A stretch of DNA of 34,164 bases, from positions 1-34,164 of the IMG/VR virus record IMGVR_UViG_3300034072_000998. One strand, given 5' to 3'. The notes under the pieces are model-generated. The model saw nothing but the letters and a program-made list of their open reading frames with translations, was not told where the DNA came from and searched no databases. Both the position numbers and the translations under genes were made by a program. How positions within the stretch are numbered: the stretch's first letter is position 1; every line of letters starts with the position of its first letter. The DNA is from a virus. Its lineage: Duplodnaviria > Caudoviricetes. Of the stretch, positions 25,090 to 32,818 are shown piece by piece.

Positions 25090-25151
25090 CGCATTTCTCC
25101 TTTCAGTGGTGGTTGGTGCCGGGGAGTTGCAGCTCCACCGGCACCTTTCTT

Positions 25152-25403
25152 TCACGCCGCCGGCAGTGCGGTGGCGGTGAATACCGGGCGCATATCGCGC
25201 CGAACCTCGAAAATCCCCAGGTCTTTGCCGTCCACGTCCATCAGGTGAACCAAGGTCACCAGGGACGGCTGTTCGTCCGGGCGGTGGCGCCAGAAGTCGC
25301 TGGCCAACAGCTCGGCCAGATCCTCGGAGGTCGCGTTCTCCAGGTAGCTCGATGGCAGGCCGATCTGGCAGCTGATGCCGTTGGCCACGTAGAAAACCAT
25401 CAC
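25152..25403 (-). CDS. Hypothetical early protein (~83 aa)
   Basis: GTGA overlap with the upstream stop; reads (V)MVFYVANGISC...; the longer track ORF upstream is a shadow. Confidence 0.65.
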   Translation of the reverse strand: MMVFYVANGISCQIGLPSSYLENATSEDLAELLASDFWRHRPDEQPSLVTLVHLMDVDGKDLGIFEVRRDMRPVFTATALPAA

Positions 25404-25750
25404 CGCGCTGCCCCCTTGCCCCACATGGCCGCCAGTTCGCGCCAGATCGCCGGCCCGTTTGGGACTCGCTGATGCACCTCCACCTCGGGGCTGTAATCCA
25501 TCATCACGACGCGCATACAGTCCTCGAACAGATCCAGATCCAGGCCGCGCAGCTCGGTGAGGTTGAAGGGGTAGGTCTGGCCGTCGTACAGGCCCAGCAG
25601 GAAGCGGCCGAGCACGGCACTCTGGCCGGTCGGGCGCACGGCCAGGGATGCCAGGCGAGCCAGGGCCGGCTCGCCAGCGGCCACGATGGTGGGGCGCATG
25701 CGCTGGTACTCGAGGGCTTGATCCATTGCGCGGCGCATTGCAGTAGTCAT
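25400..25750 (-). CDS. Conserved mobile-element hypothetical protein
   Basis: GAGG RBS; GQS..L.RFLLGLY.G..YPF.LTELRGLD..LF.DC motif common in phage/ICE early regions. Confidence 0.75.
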   Translation of the reverse strand: MTTAMRRAMDQALEYQRMRPTIVAAGEPALARLASLAVRPTGQSAVLGRFLLGLYDGQTYPFNLTELRGLDLDLFEDCMRVVMMDYSPEVEVHQRVPNGPAIWRELAAMWGKGAAR

Positions 25751-25759
25751 GGGGCGTCC

Positions 25760-26131
25760 TCAGTTGCTCGGGGCGGGGTGAAAGGTGGCCAGCAGGCCGA
25801 CCAGCACCTGGAACACCTCGGTGCCCAGGTCGGCGGAAGTAAGCTGGCCGAAGTGCAGGCCCACTTCGGTCTGCAGCCAGTCGGCGCGCTGCGGGTTGGC
25901 CATGCAGGCCATGGTCAGCAGCAGAGCCCGGCGCGGTGTGTCCAGCGCCTGCAGGCGCTTGAGCAGCAGCGGCTGGCCGGCGCTGACCATGGCCAGTGCG
26001 CGGGGCTGGTAGTCGGCCGGCAGGCCGACCAGCACGGCAGCGCGTTGCCACCAGTGCGGAAAGTCCTGGGCGGGGTTCAGGTGCGCGGCGTCCAACGGGC
26101 AGCGCTCTGGGGCCTGGGTGATGGCGTTCAT
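25760..26131 (-). CDS. Hypothetical early protein (123 aa)
   Basis: AGGAG RBS, ATGA overlap, probable start MNAITQ. Confidence 0.65.
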   Translation of the reverse strand: MNAITQAPERCPLDAAHLNPAQDFPHWWQRAAVLVGLPADYQPRALAMVSAGQPLLLKRLQALDTPRRALLLTMACMANPQRADWLQTEVGLHFGQLTSADLGTEVFQVLVGLLATFHPAPSN

Positions 26132-26307
26132 CGTCTGCGGTTCTCCTGTTTCAGTCGGTTGAGGCGGGCTCGCATGTCTTCGCGGAAGGCCTCGCCGCGC
26201 TTCGGGTGCTCCAGCCACTCGAGGATGGCCTGGCGTGTCCAGTTGCTCAGAAAGTGGCGGGCTAGGCAGTCGCGGCGGGTGGCTTCGTCAGGGCTCAGCT
26301 CGGCCAT
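26128..26307 (-). CDS. Hypothetical early protein (59 aa)
   Basis: GAGGTG RBS, probable start MAELSPDE. Confidence 0.6.
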   Translation of the reverse strand: MAELSPDEATRRDCLARHFLSNWTRQAILEWLEHPKRGEAFREDMRARLNRLKQENRRR

Positions 26308-26365
26308 GGAGGGCACCTCGACGACGAGCAGGAAGGCGTGGAGAAGTGAAACTCTGCGCATACCC

Positions 26366-26694
26366 CTGGAACGTCCGGAACATCCGGAACACTCCCTGAG
26401 ACGGGAGGCTGGAGCCCGCGCCGTTCGGGGCTTCCAGTGAGTTGATCAATGTTCCACCAGACCGGAACATGCCGGAACATGATTTCCGGTCGAATGGCTG
26501 GAGGCCTTGCAGCACTAGGGCTGCAGCGTGTTCCGGTCGAAATTGAAAAGTGGAACATTCCCGGAACATGCCGGAACAAAGTTGTTCCGGTTTGTTCCAG
26601 CGTGTTCCGGCTTCCTAGGGACAGCTCTACCCCCGCCAGCCCTTGATTTATCTGGGTTTCAGACTCGAATTTAATAATGTTCCAGTTGTTCCGG
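26366..26694. repeat. Iteron cluster; putative replication origin
   Basis: About 15 copies of (C/T)GGAAC(A): 8 forward and 7 reverse, many at 9-11 bp spacing, directly downstream of the primase-helicase gene. Confidence 0.8.
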
Positions 26695-26770
26695 ACGTTT
26701 CTTGCCAATACGCAAAAACGCAAAACACCCCCAAGGAAGGCCACCAGGGCCACATTCACCCCCAGATTCA

Positions 26771-29425
26771 TCAGGCATTCCCCCGCTTCAGGAACACCAG
26801 GCAGTTCAGGGGGCGCTTCTCGATCCGTGACCGGACTTTGCGCGTCTCCAGGAACTTGAAGGTGGTGCTCTGCGGCAGATAACGGCGCAGCAGTGCGGCC
26901 GGAAGGATCTCTTGGCCGGCGGTGCGGCAGGCCTGCTGGAAGTGCTCCAGGTTGATGGCGATCAGGTTGGGGTCGGCGCTGTGGTTGAGAGTTTCGCGGA
27001 TCTCTTCGCGGGTCTCGCCGCCCTCGGTGATCGTCACCACGTCCTCGTTCAGGAACTGGTAGATCTGCCAGAACTGAGCTGCGGTGCGGTTCTCAGCGCT
27101 GCAGCGCTGTTGCCGCTCCAAGGCGCGGCCTTCCAGGTGTTGGGAAAGGGCGTCTAGATCCTTGTCAGACCAGGCAGGGAACAGAGCCTGGGAGGCCTTG
27201 GCGGCAGCCATCACCTGGGCATGGCACTGGACTACGCGGGAGTGCTTCAGGCCTTGCACCGCCTGGAAACGCTGCTTATAGCGGTCGTATGCCTGGTAGT
27301 AGCGTTCCAGCCAGGCGCTTTCCTGGGTCAGCATGGCGCGCAGGCAGCCGGCCAGATCCTCCACTTCCAACTCTTTTAGGCGGTTGGCCAGCGGCTCCAG
27401 CTCGGGCCGATGGTGCTCGGTGGTCAGGTGCAGGTAGACGATGCGGGTAATGATGGCTTCCGAGCCGTCCACATTGGTGTTCTGTGAGATACAGACCGAG
27501 CCCCGGAACAGCAGCGCCTCGGTGTCGCTGTTGGTGCTCTTGACGCCGGTTACCCGCAGCTTGGCGTCGTGGTCGAACAGCTGCTTGATCTCGTCCCAGT
27601 TGTACTGCACGGTCGTCGTGCGGCCTTGGGCGTCGATCACCTCTTTGTCCGACTCCAGCAGTACCACCGGCAGATTGCTCACGGCGCCGAGGGCGCGCAG
27701 CAAGCCGATAGCCGAAGCGCCGCTGCCGCTCGGCTTGATGCCTTCCTCATTGCGGCGGCCGAACAGGCGCCAGAGGAAGCGCAGCAGGGTGGATTTGCCG
27801 GCGCCGGCCGTACCAGTCAGCTCCAGGAATGGCCATGAGGCTTGCTTTGCGCGGATCTGCTGAGCGAACAGCGAACCGAGCCACCAGGCCAGCACAGCCA
27901 GCCCGTTCAGCCCAAACACCGCGCGGAAGTCAGCAAACCAGCTCGGGTCGAAGTCGCCGCCGCGCACGATCGGATAGCTGCGGGTTGACGTCTTCAGGCC
28001 CTCACCATTTATGTCCAGGAACCCATGTTCGTTGGTCAATATCTCGCGTCCGCGGTGGAAGCCGAAGGCGGGGTAGCAGTACGCCGCAGTCGCGTCGTCG
28101 TAGCCGATGAAGGGGAGGGTGCGCACGGTGTTGGGGTTGCGCAGCCACTCGCTTTTCAGCATGGCCAGCACGCGCTCACCGCCTTCAAACATGCCGCCTG
28201 GAGTGCGCTCCAGTAGAGCCTTGGCGAAGCCGCGCGGCTCGGTGATCGCGCTGGGTGGCAGCGGCTCGGTGCAGTTCAGCCGGGCGTTGGGGAAGTCGAA
28301 GCGGAAGAAGTAGCGCTGCTCGCCGGTGATGGCGTCGCGCTCGATGTACTCGAAGCGCGGCACACAGTTTGCCACCTGGTCGACGCTGGCATGCTTCTTG
28401 AAGTCGTCGCGGTAGCCAGCAGTCGGGCCATCTCCCAGGGCTTGCTGCAGGTCGCCAGCGTTCACGCGGCAGGCATAGAGGCAGTTGCCGAACTCCACCA
28501 GGTAGTAGGGCCGGGCACGCTTGGTGTGCATCACGTAGGCCTTGTCGATGGGGCTGGTGGCTGTGAACAGCCGGCCCTGATACTCGGCCTCCTGCATGTA
28601 GGCATCGTCCAGCTGGCCATCGCGGTACACGTCGTCCCAGTCGCGGTCTTCCTCGCCCAGCGCCACCCAGCCGATTTCTTTCATCTTGCGGATCTGCGCC
28701 AGGTACTTGCTCACCACTGCGCGCCCGGCCTTGTCGTTGTCCAGGGCGATGCACCAGGTGATCGACTTGCCCTGGTTGGCTTCAAGGATCTGCCAGGGGA
28801 AGTTGTTGCAACTGATGGCGGCGATGGCCTTGTAGCCCGCCAGGTGCAGGGCGATGGCGTGGAAGATCCCTTCCACGATGTACACGCGGTCGGACTTCTC
28901 GAAGGTTTGCCCCGGCGGCACCCAGCCTTGGCCCTTGTAGCTCATTCCGTACTTGATGCCGGCCTTGTTGCCGTCGTTGCGGGCTACCGCTCGAGCGTCG
29001 ATCAGGCGTTCCCAGTAGCCGTCGCACAGTGGGAAGCGCACGGTGTCACCCCAGCTTTCGTCGGCCAGCTTGCGGCGCTCCTGGGTGTACCAGCCCTTCA
29101 TCCTGCTGGTGTCGAAGCCCCGATTGCGCTGCAGGTAGGCGTCGGCGGTGGCGGTGGGGTTGGCCTCGGTGCTTGGGAATCGATCGCTCAGGTTCTCGAA
29201 CAGGTGGCTGTAGCGCTCGCGGGTTTTCTCGGTGTGGCGGCACTCGTTCAGGCGGTTGCAGGCCAGCTGAAAGGGCTGCTTGCGGCTGACGTACAGGGTG
29301 CGGTGGCCGCACTTCGGGCAGACGCCCTTCTGCAGGTAGGTGTCGCCGATGTCCTTGAAGTCCAGCTTGTGGTCGTTCTCCAGGGCCTGGATCACGTCTA
29401 GCCGGTAGATGTCCTCGTAGTTCAT
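26771..29425 (-). CDS. Zn-finger/TOPRIM primase-helicase replication protein (P4 alpha-like architecture)
   Basis: CPKC..C..C zinc finger; IVEG and IALDND.AG TOPRIM motifs; Walker A GTAGAGKST; Walker B-like VVLLESD. Confidence 0.88.
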   Translation of the reverse strand: MNYEDIYRLDVIQALENDHKLDFKDIGDTYLQKGVCPKCGHRTLYVSRKQPFQLACNRLNECRHTEKTRERYSHLFENLSDRFPSTEANPTATADAYLQRNRGFDTSRMKGWYTQERRKLADESWGDTVRFPLCDGYWERLIDARAVARNDGNKAGIKYGMSYKGQGWVPPGQTFEKSDRVYIVEGIFHAIALHLAGYKAIAAISCNNFPWQILEANQGKSITWCIALDNDKAGRAVVSKYLAQIRKMKEIGWVALGEEDRDWDDVYRDGQLDDAYMQEAEYQGRLFTATSPIDKAYVMHTKRARPYYLVEFGNCLYACRVNAGDLQQALGDGPTAGYRDDFKKHASVDQVANCVPRFEYIERDAITGEQRYFFRFDFPNARLNCTEPLPPSAITEPRGFAKALLERTPGGMFEGGERVLAMLKSEWLRNPNTVRTLPFIGYDDATAAYCYPAFGFHRGREILTNEHGFLDINGEGLKTSTRSYPIVRGGDFDPSWFADFRAVFGLNGLAVLAWWLGSLFAQQIRAKQASWPFLELTGTAGAGKSTLLRFLWRLFGRRNEEGIKPSGSGASAIGLLRALGAVSNLPVVLLESDKEVIDAQGRTTTVQYNWDEIKQLFDHDAKLRVTGVKSTNSDTEALLFRGSVCISQNTNVDGSEAIITRIVYLHLTTEHHRPELEPLANRLKELEVEDLAGCLRAMLTQESAWLERYYQAYDRYKQRFQAVQGLKHSRVVQCHAQVMAAAKASQALFPAWSDKDLDALSQHLEGRALERQQRCSAENRTAAQFWQIYQFLNEDVVTITEGGETREEIRETLNHSADPNLIAINLEHFQQACRTAGQEILPAALLRRYLPQSTTFKFLETRKVRSRIEKRPLNCLVFLKRGNA

Positions 29426-29434
29426 GCCGCCCCC

Positions 29435-29674
29435 TTAGCGCTGGGCGGCGGATGATTTGCCCTGTTGTCCGGCGCGTACGCGCTCGACCTGTTCGGCGGC
29501 TTCCATGGCCAGGTGAATCATGTTCACCAGCACCGCCTCTTTCGAGCCTTCGCGCTTTTCGCGGATCAGGTAATGCCCCTTGTCGATCTCGTTGCGGATG
29601 GCCCGTTCCGATTGCCCGGAACGGCGAGAAAGCTCGCGCACGGTGGTATACGGCGTATCGATGGTGATCTGCAT
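29435..29674 (-). CDS. cox: Cox-like repressor/excisionase
   Basis: GGAG RBS, MQITIDTPY.T..ELSRRSG winged-helix pattern, VLVNM motif; first early gene, divergent from C. Confidence 0.75.
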   Translation of the reverse strand: MQITIDTPYTTVRELSRRSGQSERAIRNEIDKGHYLIREKREGSKEAVLVNMIHLAMEAAEQVERVRAGQQGKSSAAQR

Positions 29675-29765
29675 TTGGTAATCTCCTAGGTATATGTGCA
29701 GCAAATTTAGGTGAATGCCTAATCAGATTAGGCAAAAACATAAACGCCGGTCAAGGGGGGATTAC
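29675..29765. promoter_or_regulatory. Lysis-lysogeny switch (early promoter and operators)
   Basis: Minus-strand TTGACC-N18-TAATCT (29754..29725); palindrome TGCCTAATC-A-GATTAGGCA (29716..29734); TAGG repeated at 29687, 29708 and 29729. Confidence 0.7.
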
Positions 29766-30029
29766 GTGGATCTGGTGAGCAAGCTCAAGGAAGTCCGACT
29801 GACGGAGCGACTGACGCAGGCAGATATTTGCGAGTTGGCTGGGATTAACGTCGCAACGTGGAGGGGGTATGAGTATGGGAAGAGCAAGACGGTTAGCTCT
29901 GCAGAGCTGCTGAAGATCACCACTCACCCGCGCTTCGAGAAGTACGCACTGTGGCTGGTCACCGGAAAAACCTGTCCGGAATGCGGCCAGATCAGCGCGG
30001 TGATCTCCGACACGGCGGGCAAGCCATGA
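29766..30029 (+). CDS. P2 C-like immunity repressor 1 (XRE HTH)
   Basis: GTG start after a G-rich RBS; HTH plus HPRFEKYALWLVTG..PECGQIS, matching the P2 C C-terminal signature. Confidence 0.88.
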   Translation: MDLVSKLKEVRLTERLTQADICELAGINVATWRGYEYGKSKTVSSAELLKITTHPRFEKYALWLVTGKTCPECGQISAVISDTAGKP

Positions 30030-30262
30030 GCGCCGGCGAGAAGCTGCGCCAGATCCGCGAAGGCGAGCGCCTAACCCAGCGCCAGATGGCCACCGACCTG
30101 GGCATGAGCCTGGACACCCTCAAGAACTACGAACTGGCCCGCCGCCCGGTGGGTGCCCAGGCCCTGTTCGCAGTCACCCAGCACCCCAAATTCACCAAGT
30201 ACACCCTGTGGCTGATGGCCGACCAGACGGCGCCGGCTGCGGGGCAGGTCAGCCCGGTGTAA
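30026..30262 (+). CDS. P2 C-like repressor 2 (XRE HTH)
   Basis: ATGA overlap with repressor 1; MSAGEKLRQIRE.ERLTQRQMA HTH plus HPKFTKYTLWLM.DQTAP.AGQVSP. Confidence 0.88.
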   Translation: MSAGEKLRQIREGERLTQRQMATDLGMSLDTLKNYELARRPVGAQALFAVTQHPKFTKYTLWLMADQTAPAAGQVSPV

Positions 30263-30282
30263 CCATCTGCAAGGAGCGTTTC

Positions 30283-30831
30283 GTGAGTAAGGACTACCCA
30301 GAATTCAAAGCCCCCATGATCGGCCTCACTGCTGTGGCTGTTCCGTTCCTGTGGTACTTCGGCTGGGCTGGGTGGGCATGGCTCGTCGTGGCCATCGCCT
30401 GCGTGTTGGTGATCGGCCAATGGCTCTCTGAGGCGTTGAAGATCCACCGGGAGAATCAGGCCGTCCCTGCTGGGCCTTTCAAGTCGGACTTCGTGCGTGA
30501 TCGGCCGGCTGCTTCGAGCCAGTCCAGTGCCTTCAAACACAACGATGACGAGTACATCCAGGGCGAAACGATCTGGACGGGCTCGAAACAGATCCGCTTC
30601 AACTACCGCAACACGCAGGGCGAGCACTCGGATCGTGAGGTGACGGTGCATAAGGTGGTGGCCAATGCGGACGATCTCTACTTTGTCGGCCTCTGCCACC
30701 TGCGCAACGAGCCCCGCACCTTCCGCCTGGATCGCGTGCACCCACGCGGCAAGGTGACAGATACCGCCACCGGCGAGATCAACACCCTGCGCAAGATCCT
30801 GGGCGTGAAGCGCCGCGTTAGCCGGAGGTAA
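30283..30831 (+). CDS. Membrane-anchored WYL-domain protein
   Basis: AAGGAG RBS, GTG start; N-terminal hydrophobic hairpin; IRFNY....G..S.REV....LYFVGLCHLRNEPRTFRLDRV WYL signature. Confidence 0.82.
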   Translation: MSKDYPEFKAPMIGLTAVAVPFLWYFGWAGWAWLVVAIACVLVIGQWLSEALKIHRENQAVPAGPFKSDFVRDRPAASSQSSAFKHNDDEYIQGETIWTGSKQIRFNYRNTQGEHSDREVTVHKVVANADDLYFVGLCHLRNEPRTFRLDRVHPRGKVTDTATGEINTLRKILGVKRRVSRR

Positions 30832-30834
30832 CGC

Positions 30835-31368
30835 ATGCTCGATGGAACCGACTGGACAACAGTGCTCGTGGCCCTGGCTACGGGCCTAACTGCTGCGGCC
30901 GGGCCAGCCCTGTTGCACTTCCTGGAGGTGCGAAAGGAGCGTGCGGGGGTGCGCGCTGCCCTGATCTCTGAGGTGGTGGCTCTTGCTGGTGTAATCCGAA
31001 GCCGAAGGTATTGCGAGGATCTCGGCACGGCGGCCATGAATCTGCGGCTGCGCGCCCAAGCTTCGACCCCGTTCACCGAGCCTGATGAAGAGGACTTTCG
31101 GCCCTCTATTCCGGATCAATACAACCTGATCTATCGCGAAAACGCTTCCAGGCTCGGGTGCTTGAAACCTGCTGAGGCTGTGGACGTTGTGCGTTTCTAC
31201 CAGCTGGTGTTGGCCGTGATTACCGACCTATCTCCCGGTGGTGCCCTGTATGAAGGAACTGCCAATGCAGATTCGTTCGTGGAGAACCGAGCCATGCTCA
31301 TTGCGGCTTTGGCGATTGCCGATCGGCTGGCTGTGAAGGTGGGGCTGAGTGTCAATCAAGAGGATTGA
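30835..31368 (+). CDS. Single-TM hypothetical protein (177 aa)
   Basis: GGAGG RBS; N-terminal TM followed by a basic stop-transfer segment; IY.EN..RLG.L......VVRFY motif seen in prophage membrane morons. Confidence 0.75.
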   Translation: MLDGTDWTTVLVALATGLTAAAGPALLHFLEVRKERAGVRAALISEVVALAGVIRSRRYCEDLGTAAMNLRLRAQASTPFTEPDEEDFRPSIPDQYNLIYRENASRLGCLKPAEAVDVVRFYQLVLAVITDLSPGGALYEGTANADSFVENRAMLIAALAIADRLAVKVGLSVNQED

Positions 31369-32401
31369 TAGCGGCGAGTGGCTGGTGGACTGCCGTCCAG
31401 AGGGCCGCGCTGGCCCGCGCATTCGGCGGCGGGTGAAGTCGAAGAACGAAGCCATGCACCTGGAGCGCCGCATCATGGGCGACGGCTCCAGGGGCGAGTT
31501 CGAGAAGGCGCCGAAGCTGGACGAGCGCCGGCTTAGCCAGTTGATCGACCTCTGGTACAAGCTGCACGGCCAGAATCTCAAGACGGGCGAGCAGCGGCTG
31601 GCCCTGCTGCTGGCCATGGCCGAGCGCATGGGCGACCCCAAGGCGCACAAGTTCAGCGCCACCCACTTTGCTAAGTATCGCGCTGAGCGTGCTGAAGGTA
31701 AGCACACCCGGGCCAAGCCCGGCCGTGGCCGTAGCAAGGGCGACGCGAAGCCCAAGCCGATCAGCGCCAACATGCTTAACCATGAACTGGCCTATCTGCG
31801 GGCGGTGTTCAACGAGCTGGAGCGGCTGGGCGAGTGGACGGGCGACAACCCGCTGGCCAAGGTGCGCGCGCTGAAGTTCGACGAAGCCGAGATGGCCTAC
31901 CTGTCGGCCGAGCAGATCCAGGATCTGCTGCAGGCCCTTGCTGCCGGGGAGTCGGACGCCGCGTTGATTGCCGAGGTGTGCCTGGCTACTGGCGCCCGCT
32001 GGGGTGAGGCCGAGGCGCTGCAACCGCGCCAGGTGCGCAACTGCCTGATTCACTACAGCAAGACGAAATCCAGCAAGAACCGCACGGTGCCGATCAGCGC
32101 CGACCTGCAGAAGCGCCTCGACAAGGCCTTGCCGTTCCGGCCGGGGTACAACATTTTCCGCAAGGTGGTGGAGCATATCGGGCTGGAGCTACCAGGCGGC
32201 CAGCTGACCCACGTCCTGCGCCACACCTTCGCCAGCCACTACATGATGAACGGCGGCGACATCCTGACCCTGCAGCGCGTCCTGGGCCACGCCACCCTGG
32301 CGATGACGCAGAAGTACGCCCACTTCAGCCCAGGCCACCTGGCTGATGTGGTGAACCTGAATCCGCTGGCAAACAGCACTGCTAAGAGAGTGAGTGAATG
32401 A
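31349..32401 (+). CDS. int: Tyrosine integrase (P2-like)
   Basis: [20 protein letters not shown] and TQKYAH catalytic motifs; N-terminal arm-binding domain; adjacent to att. Confidence 0.97.
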   Translation: MSIKRIDSGEWLVDCRPEGRAGPRIRRRVKSKNEAMHLERRIMGDGSRGEFEKAPKLDERRLSQLIDLWYKLHGQNLKTGEQRLALLLAMAERMGDPKAHKFSATHFAKYRAERAEGKHTRAKPGRGRSKGDAKPKPISANMLNHELAYLRAVFNELERLGEWTGDNPLAKVRALKFDEAEMAYLSAEQIQDLLQALAAGESDAALIAEVCLATGARWGEAEALQPRQVRNCLIHYSKTKSSKNRTVPISADLQKRLDKALPFRPGYNIFRKVVEHIGLELPGGQLTHVLRHTFASHYMMNGGDILTLQRVLGHATLAMTQKYAHFSPGHLADVVNLNPLANSTAKRVSE

Positions 32402-32619
32402 AAGTCTACCGTTTCATGGAGATCGAGAATCTAAAAGGGGCGACGATGATCATCAATGTGGATTACGTGATTGCCTTGCGTCGTTTGCCGGCGGGTAGCA
32501 ATCATCCTGCAAAAAGCCAGCTGCTGCTCGCTGTCGGCGATAGCAAGATGGACGTCGATGTGACTGATACCGAGGCTGGAAGGATCGAAAGCTGGCTGCT
32601 CGAGCACGCATCAAGCTAG
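32398..32619 (+). CDS. Small hypothetical protein (73 aa)
   Basis: ATGA overlap with the int stop; predicted beta-rich. Confidence 0.6.
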   Translation: MKVYRFMEIENLKGATMIINVDYVIALRRLPAGSNHPAKSQLLLAVGDSKMDVDVTDTEAGRIESWLLEHASS

Positions 32620-32633
32620 TGCGCGAGTCCGGA

Positions 32634-32651
32634 TGTGGACGATTTGTGGAC
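32634..32651 (+). promoter_or_regulatory. Integrase arm-type binding sites
   Basis: TGTGGAC twice at 11-bp spacing, same as 682/693. Confidence 0.75.
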
Positions 32652-32695
32652 GTTGACGTTCTGTGAAATGTCCGCGTTCCAACGTCAAGAAAAGC

Positions 32696-32719
32696 AAAAG
32701 CCGCGCAGTGCGCGGCTTT
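32696..32719 (-). terminator. Phage-supplied terminator for the reconstituted tRNA
   Basis: AAAGCCGCGC-AGT-GCGCGGCTTT stem immediately 3' of the tRNA CCA, with A-runs (U-tract on minus strand). Confidence 0.8.
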
Positions 32720-32724
32720 GAGGG

Positions 32725-32769
32725 TGGTGGGCCCACACGGACTCGAACCGTGGACCAAAGGATTATGAG
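32725..32769 (-). repeat. Right att core (within intact tRNA)
   Basis: Identical to 543..587. Confidence 0.97.
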
Positions 32770-32801
32770 TCCTCTGCTCTAACCGACTGAGCTATAGGCC
32801 C
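32725..32801 (-). tRNA. tRNA-Ile2 (CAU anticodon, lysidine type); often annotated tRNA-Met
   Basis: GGGCCTATAGCTCAGTCGGTTAGAGCAGAGGACTCATAATCCTTTGGTCCACGGTTCGAGTCCGTGTGGGCCCACCA folds as a cloverleaf; C4:G69 and C5:G68 pairs (TilS determinants) favour Ile2. Confidence 0.93.
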
Positions 32802-32818
32802 TCAGAAGGAGCGGCGGA

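Larger units (their letters stand above)
543..32769. mobile_element. P2-family (HP1/K139-like) temperate prophage, apparently complete
   Basis: 45-bp att repeats, tyrosine integrase, C/Cox switch, ogr, terminase, portal, capsid, contractile tail and lysis genes; no obvious disabling frameshifts. Confidence 0.97.

Noticed and set aside
25152-26051. 299-aa ORF from the track, and other N-terminally extended calls (e.g. 11606..12166, 12716..13207, 29951..30262, 30208..30831)
   Set aside because: The extensions overlap genuine upstream genes; RBS positions and stop/start overlaps support the shorter starts reported.
24061-26694. CRISPR-like array in the repeat regions
   Set aside because: Repeats are 6-8 bp without unique 30-40 bp spacers; no cas genes.
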